Source of the DNA: Alphaproteobacteria bacterium
Lineage (GTDB): Bacteria; Pseudomonadota; Alphaproteobacteria; UBA828
Direction: 5' to 3'
DNA length: 64,000 bases
Assembly: GCA_963667785.2 (NCBI GenBank)
Contig: CAXXMU010000006.1
Coordinates: 160,001 to 224,000, forward strand
Shown here: in pieces, positions 19,137-27,969 of the stretch
Numbering within the stretch: the first letter of the stretch is position 1
Layout: each line of letters starts with the position of its first letter
Position numbers and translations under genes: made by a program
The notes under the pieces: generated by a model
The model's input: the letters and a program-made list of their open reading frames with translations, nothing else
Database searches by the model: none
Told to the model about the DNA's origin: nothing

Positions 19137-20354
19137 ATGAGAACCATGAAAGGACTCCGGCTGGCCGCTTCCGCCGCGCTCGCCGCGGCGCTGTGTGTCG
19201 GGCTTGCGCCGGGCGCCAAGGCCGACGGCCACGAGGTGAAGGTCGGCGTGATCCTCGGCTTCACAGGCCCGATCGAGTCGCTGACGCCGCCGATGGGGGC
19301 CTCCGCGGAGCTGGCGCTCAAGGAAGCGTCGGATTCGGGCGCGTTCCTGGGCGGCAAGGTGCTGGTGCCCGTCAGGGGCGATTCGACCTGCATCGACGCG
19401 GCGGCCGCGACCGCTGCGGCGGAGCGCCTGGTCACCGCCGAGGGCGTCGCCGCGATCTTCGGTGCCGACTGCTCGGGCGTCACCATTGCAATTACCAATA
19501 ACGTCTCGGTGCCGAACGGGGTGGTCACCATCTCGCCGTCGGCGACCTCGCCGGCGCTGACCACGATCGAGGACAACGGTCTCTTCTTCCGCACCGCGCC
19601 CTCGGATGCGCGGCAGGGGCAGGTGATGGCCGAGATCCTGGTCGAGCGCGGCATCAACAGCGTCGCCGTCACCTACACCAACAACGACTACGGCAAGGGC
19701 CTCGACGGCAGCTTCGGCGCGGCGTACGCGGCCCTCGGCGGCACGGTCGAGATTTCGGCGGCGCACGAGGACGGCAAGGGCGACTACTCGGCCGAGGTGG
19801 GCGCGCTCGCGGCCTCCGGCGCCGAGCACCTGGTGGTCTTCGGTTACGTCGACCAGGGCGGCAAGGGGATCATCCAGACTGCCGTCGACACCGGCGCCTT
19901 CGAGAACTTCGTGATCGCCGACGGCATGATCGGCGACACCCTGATCGAGGCGATCGGGGATGCGCTGAACGGCACCATCGGCACCCTGCCCGGCTCCGAC
20001 AGCGCGGGCGCCCAGATGTTCATCGACCACGCCGCGGCCAACGGGGTCGAGGGCGACGGCCCGTTCCGGGGCGAGTCCTACGACGCGGCGGCGCTGATCG
20101 CGCTCGCCATGCAGGCGGCGGGCTCGGCGGATCGCGGCGCGATTCAGGCGCACGTCATGGCGGTCGCCAACGCGCCAGGCGAGAAGATCCTGCCGGGCGA
20201 GCTCGCCAAGGGTCTCCAGATCCTCGCCGACGGTGGCGAGATCGACTACGACGGAGCCACCAACGTCGAGCTCACCGGCGTGGGCGAGGCCGCAGGCTCC
20301 TACAAGGAGCTCGAGGTCGAGGGCGGCGCCTTCGTGACCAAGGCGATCCGCTAG
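19137..20354 (+). CDS. Branched-chain amino acid (HAAT) ABC substrate-binding protein
   Basis: Sec signal; ISPSATSPAL, FFRTAPSD, NNDYGKGL. Confidence 0.88.
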   Translation: MRTMKGLRLAASAALAAALCVGLAPGAKADGHEVKVGVILGFTGPIESLTPPMGASAELALKEASDSGAFLGGKVLVPVRGDSTCIDAAAATAAAERLVTAEGVAAIFGADCSGVTIAITNNVSVPNGVVTISPSATSPALTTIEDNGLFFRTAPSDARQGQVMAEILVERGINSVAVTYTNNDYGKGLDGSFGAAYAALGGTVEISAAHEDGKGDYSAEVGALAASGAEHLVVFGYVDQGGKGIIQTAVDTGAFENFVIADGMIGDTLIEAIGDALNGTIGTLPGSDSAGAQMFIDHAAANGVEGDGPFRGESYDAAALIALAMQAAGSADRGAIQAHVMAVANAPGEKILPGELAKGLQILADGGEIDYDGATNVELTGVGEAAGSYKELEVEGGAFVTKAIR

Positions 20355-20414
20355 ATCGGACGAGGGACGGCGGCTCGGACGGCAACGGCCGGGCCGCCGC
20401 CCGCATCGCAGGCC

Positions 20415-21224
20415 ATGGGAGAGGCCGCAGGCGCAGCGCCTCCCATGATCCGGGTCGAGAACCTGCACCTGCACTTCGGCGGCATCCGTGCCGTCGACGG
20501 CGTCAGCCTGGAGATCGCGCAAGGCTCGATCACCGGCCTGATCGGCCCCAACGGCGCCGGCAAGACCACCCTCTTCAACGTCATCGCCGGCGTCTTCGCG
20601 CCCTCCGAGGGCCGCGTCTTCCTCCAGGACCAGGACATCACCGGACTGAAGCCGCACCAGCTCTTCCACAGGGGCGTGCTGCGCACCTTCCAGATCGCCC
20701 ACGAGTTCAGCAGCCTCACCGTCGCCGAGAACCTGACCATGGTGCCCGCCGGCCAGGCCGGGGAGGAGCTGGCCAACACCTGGTTCCGCCGCGCCAAGGT
20801 GCGCGCGCAGGAGGAGAAGATCCGCGCCAGGGCGGCGGACGTCATCGGCTTCCTCGGCCTGGACGAGGTCGCGGGCGAACGCGCGGGCGCGCTCTCCGGC
20901 GGCCAGAAGAAGCTGCTCGAGCTCGGCCGGACGATGATGGCCGAGCCCCGGATCGTCTTCCTCGACGAGGTCGGCGCCGGCGTGAACCGCACGCTGCTGC
21001 GCTCCATCGGCGACGCCATTCTCCGCCTCAACCGGGAGCGCGGCTACACCTTCTGCATGATCGAGCACGACATCGACTTCATCTCGCGGCTGTGCCAGCC
21101 GGTCATCGTCATGGCCGAGGGGAAGGTGCTCACCCAGGGCTCACCGGCAGAGGTCAAGGCGGACCCGCGGGTGATCGATTCCTACCTCGGGCGGGGCCGG
21201 AGGCACGGCGGCGGCGGGCCATGA
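20415..21224 (+). CDS. LivG-like ABC ATP-binding protein
   Basis: GPNGAGKT, LSGGQKKLLE, IEHD. Confidence 0.9.
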   Translation: MGEAAGAAPPMIRVENLHLHFGGIRAVDGVSLEIAQGSITGLIGPNGAGKTTLFNVIAGVFAPSEGRVFLQDQDITGLKPHQLFHRGVLRTFQIAHEFSSLTVAENLTMVPAGQAGEELANTWFRRAKVRAQEEKIRARAADVIGFLGLDEVAGERAGALSGGQKKLLELGRTMMAEPRIVFLDEVGAGVNRTLLRSIGDAILRLNRERGYTFCMIEHDIDFISRLCQPVIVMAEGKVLTQGSPAEVKADPRVIDSYLGRGRRHGGGGP

Positions 21225-21928
21225 GCTTTCTCGCGGGCGCGGGAATGACCGGCGGCTACGGCGGCCCGGACATCATCCGCGGCTGCACCATCGAGGCCGA
21301 GCCGGGCCAGGTCGCGGTCATCGTCGGCCCCAACGGCGCCGGCAAGTCGACCGCCATGAAGGCGATCTTCGGCATGGTCCAGCTTCGCGAGGGCACGGTC
21401 GAGCTCGACGGCGAGGACATCACCCGGCTCAGCCCGCAGGAGCGCGTGCGCAAGGGCATGGGCTTCGTGCCCCAGGAGCGCAACGTCTTCACCACCATGA
21501 CGGTCCAGGAAAACCTGGAGATGGGCGCCTACATCCGCGAGGCGGGCGCCGCCGCCGACACCATGGCGCAGGTCTTCGACCTCTTCCCCATCCTGAAGGA
21601 GAGGCGGCGCCAGATCGCCGGCGAGCTCTCGGGCGGCCAGCGCCAGCAGGTGGCGATCGGCCGGGCGCTGATGACGGAGCCCCGGCTGCTCATGCTGGAC
21701 GAGCCGACGGCCGGCGTCTCGCCCGTGGTCATGGACGATCTCTTCGACCGTATCCTGGAGATCCGCGCGACCGGCATCGCCATCCTCATGGTCGAGCAGA
21801 ACGCAGCCCAGGCGCTTTCCATCGCCGATCGCGGCTATGTCCTCGTGACCGGCGAGAACCGCTACACGGATACGGGCGAGGCACTCCTCTCCGACCCCGA
21901 GGTGCGCCGCTCCTTCCTCGGCGGATAG
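21221..21928 (+). CDS. LivF-like ABC ATP-binding protein
   Basis: GPNGAGKS, LSGGQRQQ, MVEQNA; ATGA overlap. Confidence 0.9.
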   Translation: MSFLAGAGMTGGYGGPDIIRGCTIEAEPGQVAVIVGPNGAGKSTAMKAIFGMVQLREGTVELDGEDITRLSPQERVRKGMGFVPQERNVFTTMTVQENLEMGAYIREAGAAADTMAQVFDLFPILKERRRQIAGELSGGQRQQVAIGRALMTEPRLLMLDEPTAGVSPVVMDDLFDRILEIRATGIAILMVEQNAAQALSIADRGYVLVTGENRYTDTGEALLSDPEVRRSFLGG

Positions 21929-21931
21929 GCC

Positions 21932-22948
21932 ATGAGCGACGTCGCGAACGCGCTCGTCCTGCTGACGAACTTCGTCATCGTGCCGGGCGTCGCCTACGGC
22001 TCCCAGCTCGCCCTCGGCGCCCTCGGCGTCACCCTCATCTTCGGCATTTTGCGCTTCGCCAACTTCTCCCACGGGGACGTGATGGCGTTCGGCACCATGG
22101 TGGTGCTGCTGACCACGTGGTGGTTGCAGGGGATGGACGTCGGCATCGCGCCGCTGCCGACGGCGCTGCTCGCGCTCCCCTTCGGGATCGTGGCGGCCGC
22201 CGCCTTCAACCTGAGCGCGGACCGCCTCGTCTTCCGCTTCTACCGGCGCCGCAAGAGCCCGCCGGTGATCCTGCTGATCGCCTCGATCGGCGTGATGTTC
22301 GCGCTGCAGGGCATCGTCCGCTTCATCATCGGCCCGGATGACCGCCGCCTCGCCGACGGCGCGCGCTTCCTGATCAAGGCGTCGGAGTTCAAGGAGGCGA
22401 CCGGGCTGAAGGAGGGCCTGGCGATCAAGCTCTCCCAGGGGCTGACGCTGGCGGTCACCGCGATCGCGGTCACCGCGCTCTTCTGGTTCCTGCACCGCAC
22501 GCGGGCCGGCAAGGCGATGCGGGCCTATTCCGACAACGAGGACCTGGCGCTGCTCTCCGGCGTCAACCCGGACCGTGTGGTGTTCTACGCCTGGCTGATC
22601 GCCGGCACGCTGGCGGCGGTTGCCGGCACCATGTACGGCATCGACAAGAGCTTTAAGCCGTTCACCTATTTCCAGATCCTCCTGCCCATCTTCGCAGCGG
22701 CGATCCTCGGCGGGATCGGCAACCCGCTGGGCGCGGTCGCCGGCGGCTTCATCGTGGCGCTGTCCGAGACCGCGGTGACATACGCCTACAAGAAGTTCCT
22801 GCGCTACCTCGTGCCCGAGAGCTGGGAGCCGAGCGGGCTCATGCAGTTGCTGTCGACCGACTACAAGCTGGCGATCTCCTTCGTCATCCTGGTGGTCGTG
22901 CTGCTGGTGCGCCCGACCGGAATCTTCCGGGGGCGGGTGCTGTCATGA
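21932..22948 (+). CDS. LivH-like ABC permease
   Basis: FANFSHGD, GKAMRA, AAILGGIG. Confidence 0.9.
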   Translation: MSDVANALVLLTNFVIVPGVAYGSQLALGALGVTLIFGILRFANFSHGDVMAFGTMVVLLTTWWLQGMDVGIAPLPTALLALPFGIVAAAAFNLSADRLVFRFYRRRKSPPVILLIASIGVMFALQGIVRFIIGPDDRRLADGARFLIKASEFKEATGLKEGLAIKLSQGLTLAVTAIAVTALFWFLHRTRAGKAMRAYSDNEDLALLSGVNPDRVVFYAWLIAGTLAAVAGTMYGIDKSFKPFTYFQILLPIFAAAILGGIGNPLGAVAGGFIVALSETAVTYAYKKFLRYLVPESWEPSGLMQLLSTDYKLAISFVILVVVLLVRPTGIFRGRVLS

Positions 22949-24258
22949 GGCCGGGCTTGCGCAACCCGGCGCTCTTCGCCGTCATGGCGCTGCTGCTCAT
23001 GGCGGTCGGCTTCGGCCAGTCCTGGGTGGTCAGCCTCTCGATCCTCAACCTCTGCCTGATCTCCGCGATCATGGCGCTCGGCCTCAACATGCAGTGGGGC
23101 TACGCGGGCCTGCTCAACGTCGGCGTGATGGGCTTCGCCGCGCTCGGCGGGCTGGCCGGCGTGCTGGTCTCGCAGTCGCCGGTGACGGATGCGTGGGCCG
23201 CGGGCGGCGAAGACCTCGGCTTCGCGCTCGCCGTGCTGGTAGGCATCGTGGTGGCGATCGTGCTGGCGCGCCGCCTGCTGCGGAAGGGGCCGCTGCGCAC
23301 GGCGGCGACGGTCCTCCTTCTGGTCGGGGGGTTCTTCCTCATCCGCATCTTCTTCGACCCGGCGGTGGACGCGATCGAGGACGTGGACAGCGCGCGGACC
23401 GGCTATCTCGGCGGCGCCGGCTTGCCGATCATCCTCTCCTGGGCGGTGGGCGGGCTGCTCGCCGCCGGCGCGGCCTGGCTCATCGGCAAGGTTGCGCTCG
23501 GGCTGCGCGCGGACTACTTCGCCATCGCCACCCTCGGCATCGCCGAGATCGTCATCACCGTCATCAAGAACGAGGACTGGCTCAGCCGGGGCGTGAAGAA
23601 CGTCACCGGCCTCGACCGGCCGGTGCCCTACGAGATCGACCTGCAGGCGAGCCCCTGGTTCCTCGATCTCGTCCACTGGCTGGGGGCGGACCCGATCGCG
23701 GGCACGAGCATCTTCGTGAAGCTCTGCTACGCGGTCCTCTTCGCGCTCGTGCTCATGGCCATCGTGTGGCTGGCCGAGCGGGCGCTGAACTCGCCCTGGG
23801 GCCGCATGATGCGCGCCATCCGCGACAACGAGGACGCGGCCGCCGCCATGGGCAAGGACGTCACCCGCCGCCACATGCAGATCTTCGTCCTGGGCGCGGC
23901 CGTCATGGGAATCGCAGGCGCGATGCTCACCACGCTCGACGGCCAGTTCACGCCGGGCAGCTACCAGCCGCTCCGCTTCACCTTCCTGATCTGGGTGATG
24001 GTGATCGTTGGCGGCTCGGGCAACAACTGGGGCGCGGTGCTCGGCGGCTTCCTGGTCTGGTTCCTGTGGGTCGAGGCGGAGCCGGCCGCCTTCTGGCTGA
24101 TGGATGCCATCACCGCCGGCCTCGACCAGAGCCACCCGCTGCGGGCCCACCTGCTCGACAGCGCGGCCTACATGCGCCTCATCGTGATGGGGCTGATCCT
24201 CCTCGTCGTCCTGCGCTTCAGCCCGCGCGGCATCATTCCGGAACGGCGCGGCCGCTGA
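22945..24258 (+). CDS. LivM-like ABC permease
   Basis: LNMQWGYAG, LRADYFAIATLG, WGRMMRAIRDNE, IVGGSGN. Confidence 0.9.
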   Translation: MRPGLRNPALFAVMALLLMAVGFGQSWVVSLSILNLCLISAIMALGLNMQWGYAGLLNVGVMGFAALGGLAGVLVSQSPVTDAWAAGGEDLGFALAVLVGIVVAIVLARRLLRKGPLRTAATVLLLVGGFFLIRIFFDPAVDAIEDVDSARTGYLGGAGLPIILSWAVGGLLAAGAAWLIGKVALGLRADYFAIATLGIAEIVITVIKNEDWLSRGVKNVTGLDRPVPYEIDLQASPWFLDLVHWLGADPIAGTSIFVKLCYAVLFALVLMAIVWLAERALNSPWGRMMRAIRDNEDAAAAMGKDVTRRHMQIFVLGAAVMGIAGAMLTTLDGQFTPGSYQPLRFTFLIWVMVIVGGSGNNWGAVLGGFLVWFLWVEAEPAAFWLMDAITAGLDQSHPLRAHLLDSAAYMRLIVMGLILLVVLRFSPRGIIPERRGR

Positions 24259-24319
24259 GCCGGCGCCCGCCGGCGGCGCCATCCAGACGCGGCCCAGGAG
24301 GCTGCGTATCGCATGCCGG

Positions 24320-24378
24320 GGTTGTTCGGCGCCCCGGTTTGACCCCCGATTGGAGTGGGTCCCTTGGGCCGATCAACA
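24320..24378. mobile_element. Degenerate IS21-family terminal inverted repeat pair (internally deleted relic)
   Basis: GGTTGTTCGGCG..TTTGACCCC and GGGTCCC..GCCGATCAACA resemble IS21 ends (TGTTGATCGGCG...GACCCC). Confidence 0.45.
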
Positions 24379-24422
24379 ATCCTTGCCGTCAATCTGGAGG
24401 GCCATGGGATAGACGGCCTCGG

Positions 24423-25649
24423 CTATCGGCACTCGGCGTTGCCGGTCTTCTTCACGCGTTCGTGCCGCGGTTCCGTTTCCGTCAGCGTCTCGAGAAACGC
24501 GACGAGGTCGGCCTTCTCCCGCGCGCTCAGGTCGAGGCGGCGCAGAATCCGCTCGCCGCCGGCGTGCAGCCGTTCCTCGTCGAAGGTCGAATAGTGGTGG
24601 GCGACGTCGGCGAGCGTCGCGAGGCTGCCGGCATGCATGTAGGGCGCGGTGAGCGCCACGTTGCGCAGGCCCGGCACCCGGAACTCGCCGAAGTTGCTCT
24701 GGCGCAGGTCGACGTAGCGGGTCTTGGCGGCGGTGGAGTGCCCCGCATCGTCGTTGAAGCGGCCCAGCAGGGTGTACGGGCTCCGGCGCAGTTTGCGAAT
24801 GCCGCCGTGCCGGCCGGGATCGACCCGGCCGGGTTCGACGAAATGCGGCACGCCGGCGTCGGCGAACTCGCCGTTGGTGAAGGCCGGGCCGAAATGGCAG
24901 AAGGCGCAGTTGCCCCGGCCCACGAACAGGCGCAGGCCGCGCGCAGCCGCGGCGGGATAGCGCGCCCGCTCTGCCGCATCGTTGCGCGCGAGCGCATCGC
25001 GGAATTCGTCGAACGGCGTGCGGCCGCTGACCTGGGTTTCCAGGAACACCGCCAGCGCCTTGCCGAGATCGACGAAAACCTGCTCGTCGTCCGCGCCGGG
25101 CGCTGCGCCGAACGCGCGCCGGTAGCTGCAGGAAAGCTGTCCGTCGGCGCGGAGCAGCCGCGCCGCATCGCCGGGGCCGATACCCATTTCGCGCCCGTCG
25201 AGCAGGGGCCGCAGGTTCTGCGCCCACAGCGAGTCCTGCGCGCCGTCCCAGCCGAACCAGCGGTTGAAGCGCAGGTTGAACAGGGCGGGCGCGTTGCGGT
25301 CGACGGTCCGCTGCCCGCGGCTGCGCGGCAGGCCGTCGGTCCAGGCCCGGTCCGGCGGGTGGCAGGTTGCGCAGGAGACCGTGCCGGAGAGCGACAGGCG
25401 CGGATCGAAGAACAGCGCCCGGCCGAAGGCGATGGCGGCCGGCTTGCCGGAAACCCGGTTGCTCGGATCCGGCTGCAAGGCCGGCGGCCACGGCCCGTGA
25501 CGCAGGATGCGGCGCTCTTCCGCGGCGGTGAAGTCGAGGGCCGGCGCCGGCGCGGCGAAGCCGGAGAGCAGACAGAATACAATCGCCAGTCCCGAGAGCC
25601 CGGCGGCCAGCCGTGCGGCGGCGGACGCGCCGGAGCGCCGGGACGTCAC
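24423..25649 (-). CDS. Di-haem cytochrome c peroxidase/MauG-family protein
   Basis: Signal peptide; LFFDPRLS, CATCH, FGWDG, CAFCH, FRVPGLRNVALTAPYMHAGS..VAHHY; GTG start overlaps the upstream TGA. Confidence 0.88.
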   Translation of the reverse strand: MTSRRSGASAAARLAAGLSGLAIVFCLLSGFAAPAPALDFTAAEERRILRHGPWPPALQPDPSNRVSGKPAAIAFGRALFFDPRLSLSGTVSCATCHPPDRAWTDGLPRSRGQRTVDRNAPALFNLRFNRWFGWDGAQDSLWAQNLRPLLDGREMGIGPGDAARLLRADGQLSCSYRRAFGAAPGADDEQVFVDLGKALAVFLETQVSGRTPFDEFRDALARNDAAERARYPAAAARGLRLFVGRGNCAFCHFGPAFTNGEFADAGVPHFVEPGRVDPGRHGGIRKLRRSPYTLLGRFNDDAGHSTAAKTRYVDLRQSNFGEFRVPGLRNVALTAPYMHAGSLATLADVAHHYSTFDEERLHAGGERILRRLDLSAREKADLVAFLETLTETEPRHERVKKTGNAECR

Positions 25650-26056
25650 TCCAGCACCGCCTCCGCGGTCAGCGTCTCGCGGCCCGCCGCACCGCGGACA
25701 TCCAGAATCAGCTGCCAGCGCCCCGGCATGTGGAACATCAGGCCCTCGGCGGTTCCGGAGAGGCCGTTCAGGGTCACTCCGGGCCGGTAGTTCATGCCGT
25801 GCCGGTGGTCCGGCATCCAGCCGCGCACCTTGAGACGGTCGACCGGCGGCCCGCACAGATGGAATCGGATGGAAAAATGCGCGCCGACCGGGATGGGGGC
25901 GGGCTCCGAGCGCCACCATGCCGTCCACAGCTCGCCGGCGATTTTCGCGCCGCCGGCCCAGCCCTCCGGACGGTCGCAGGCCGCCGCCTGACCGGCCGCA
26001 AGCACGAGCGCGAGCGCGGCCGCCAGCGCCGCTCCGCCGAGGCGCCACCGGGCCAT
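25646..26056 (-). CDS. Exported YtkA/FixH-like Ig-fold protein with MPxHxHG motif
   Basis: Signal peptide; WMPDHRHGMNYRP and FHMPGRWQL motifs. Confidence 0.7.
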   Translation of the reverse strand: MARWRLGGAALAAALALVLAAGQAAACDRPEGWAGGAKIAGELWTAWWRSEPAPIPVGAHFSIRFHLCGPPVDRLKVRGWMPDHRHGMNYRPGVTLNGLSGTAEGLMFHMPGRWQLILDVRGAAGRETLTAEAVLE

Positions 26057-26062
26057 CGCGCG

Positions 26063-26902
26063 CTAGCGCAGTTGCGCCAGGTGCGGCCGGATCATCGCCT
26101 CGCCGTTGCGCCAGGCGATCTTCTCGGCGAGGTCGGGCGGCAGGTCGCCCAGCCACTCCCGGGTCCACTCGGCGTGCTGGACGACATAGTGCCAGCGCTC
26201 CGGCGTGAAGGTGTCGGTGCCGACCATGACGCGGTCCGGGAAGGCGGCGAACAGACTGCGCCAGTCGTCGTCGACCCGGCCGCCACGGGCGTGCTCGCTG
26301 CGGAAGGCCAGGTCGGTCCAGAGCTTCACGTGCTTCCCGAGCATGGGGCCGACGGTATCGGGACCGACGAAGCCGGCATGGGCCCACAGCACCCGCGCTT
26401 CCGGCCACTGGGAGAAGATCGCGTCGACCGCGCCGGCGTCCGAGTGGGCGTGCAGGAGAAGATTGTGCTGCCGCGCCAGCTCGATCATGCGCCGCGGCAC
26501 GGCCTTGTCGGTCTGCTCGGCGAAGAGGTGGAATTCGCCGACCGCGACCCACCTGAAGCGCTCCAGACGGTCCTCGAGGAAGTCGATCACCGACGGATCC
26601 TCGACCCAGCGGCCGATCTCGCCGCGCCGGCGGTAGGGGCGCAGGCTGGGCAGGACGAGGCCCGGCGCCGCGGCGTAGAGCGCGCGGGTGCCGGCGTCGC
26701 CCGAGCTCGACACCAGCGCCCGCTTCAGCCCCGCCTGCTCCAGAATGGCGACGGCGTCGCCGGCGGATAGCTGCTCGGCGGCGTCGTGGCTGAAATGGAT
26801 ATGAGCGTCGAAGATCGGCATCGGCGCGCCGGCGGCGCGGACCGCCGAGGGCAGCAGCGCCGCTGCGGCCGAGGTTGCGAGAAAGCGACGGCGCGAGAGT
26901 AT
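26063..26902 (-). CDS. Amidohydrolase (TIM-barrel metallo-hydrolase) with Tat leader; apparent ATA start
   Basis: DAHIH, GEFH, HAH, WAHAG, VGTDT; in-frame leader xLSRRRFLATSAAAALLPSAVRA 27 codons upstream of ATG 26821, preceded by AGGAAGGAG. Confidence 0.8.
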   Translation of the reverse strand: MLSRRRFLATSAAAALLPSAVRAAGAPMPIFDAHIHFSHDAAEQLSAGDAVAILEQAGLKRALVSSSGDAGTRALYAAAPGLVLPSLRPYRRRGEIGRWVEDPSVIDFLEDRLERFRWVAVGEFHLFAEQTDKAVPRRMIELARQHNLLLHAHSDAGAVDAIFSQWPEARVLWAHAGFVGPDTVGPMLGKHVKLWTDLAFRSEHARGGRVDDDWRSLFAAFPDRVMVGTDTFTPERWHYVVQHAEWTREWLGDLPPDLAEKIAWRNGEAMIRPHLAQLR

Positions 26903-27108
26903 GGCAGGGCTCCTTCCTGCTGGCGCCCGCGAATCCTGTCACTCCCGCCGGCCGCATGGCAAGCCCGCAGGCCGCTTTACCGTACGGTCATTCATTCTCC
27001 AGGGGTATGATCGCTCTGGACGTGATGGTTGTCCGGGACGTGCCGGCCCGATCGTCGGGTCGTGCGACGCAATCCTCCCGGCGACCCTTGAGGGATCGGA
27101 GGCGCACC

Positions 27109-27477
27109 ATGGTGAGGCTCTTGTTCGTCGCGGTCCTGGCCCTGGGACTCACGGCTCCGGCGGTCGGGACTCTGGCCCATCACGGCTGGTCGTGGACGAC
27201 CGGCGGCAATATCGATCTGACCGGCATCATCAAGACCGTCCGCCTGGGCAATCCCCACGGTATCCTGACGATCGACGTGGAGGGCGAGGAGTGGAGGGCC
27301 GAGGTCGGTCAGCCCTGGCGCAACGAACGCGCCGGCCTCGAGGACGGCGATCTGGCCGCAGGGGTCGAGATCCGGGTGATCGGCGAGCCCGCCGCCGATC
27401 TGTCGGAGAGACGGGTGAAGGTGGAACGGCTGTTCCTGGGCAAACGGGAGTACATCCTCTACCCCGGGCGCGACTGA
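27109..27477 (+). CDS. Exported DUF6152-like protein
   Basis: Signal peptide ending AHHGW, NPHG motif; GGAGG RBS. Confidence 0.7.
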   Translation: MVRLLFVAVLALGLTAPAVGTLAHHGWSWTTGGNIDLTGIIKTVRLGNPHGILTIDVEGEEWRAEVGQPWRNERAGLEDGDLAAGVEIRVIGEPAADLSERRVKVERLFLGKREYILYPGRD

Positions 27478-27481
27478 GACC

Positions 27482-27952
27482 TTGGAGGCCCTGCTCGCAG
27501 CATTCGAGGGGACCGCCCTGGCGCAAGCGCTGCGGGCCTCCCGCTGGGGCTATGCCGCTCTCAACGCCGCGCACATCTTCGCGATCGCCCTGCTGATCGG
27601 CTCCGTCGTCCCGCTCAATCTGCGGCTTCTCGGCGTGTGGCGCGGCATCTCGCGCGAGGCGGTGGTGCGGGTGCTCGCGCCCGTTGCGGCGAGCGGGCTG
27701 GCCTTGGCCCTGCTCACGGGACCGCTGCTGTTCTCGGTCCGGGCGCAGGAATACAGTGGCGTCGGGTTCCTGCAGCTCAAGCTGGCCTTCATCGCGGCCG
27801 GAGTCCTGTCCACGCTCGCCCTGTGCTGGAGCCACGGGTTCCTGCTCAGGGACGCCCCGCGCGCCCGCTTGGTCGGTCACGCCATCCTGTCCCTGGTTTG
27901 CTGGCCGGGAGCGCTCGTCTGTGGGCGACTGATCGCGTTCGCGGGCGATTGA
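27482..27952 (+). CDS. Four-TM membrane protein (DUF6644/DUF2214-like)
   Basis: NAAHIFAIALLIGS..LRLLG, LTGPLLF, KLAFI, CGRLIAF; usual partner of DUF6152 genes. Confidence 0.7.
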   Translation: MEALLAAFEGTALAQALRASRWGYAALNAAHIFAIALLIGSVVPLNLRLLGVWRGISREAVVRVLAPVAASGLALALLTGPLLFSVRAQEYSGVGFLQLKLAFIAAGVLSTLALCWSHGFLLRDAPRARLVGHAILSLVCWPGALVCGRLIAFAGD

Positions 27953-27969
27953 GGCGCAGGCGGCGCCCG

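Noticed and set aside
24423-26957. 844-aa ORF suggesting a giant di-haem fusion protein
   Set aside because: The upstream half overlaps two real genes in other frames; the real start is the GTG at 25649, which has a signal peptide
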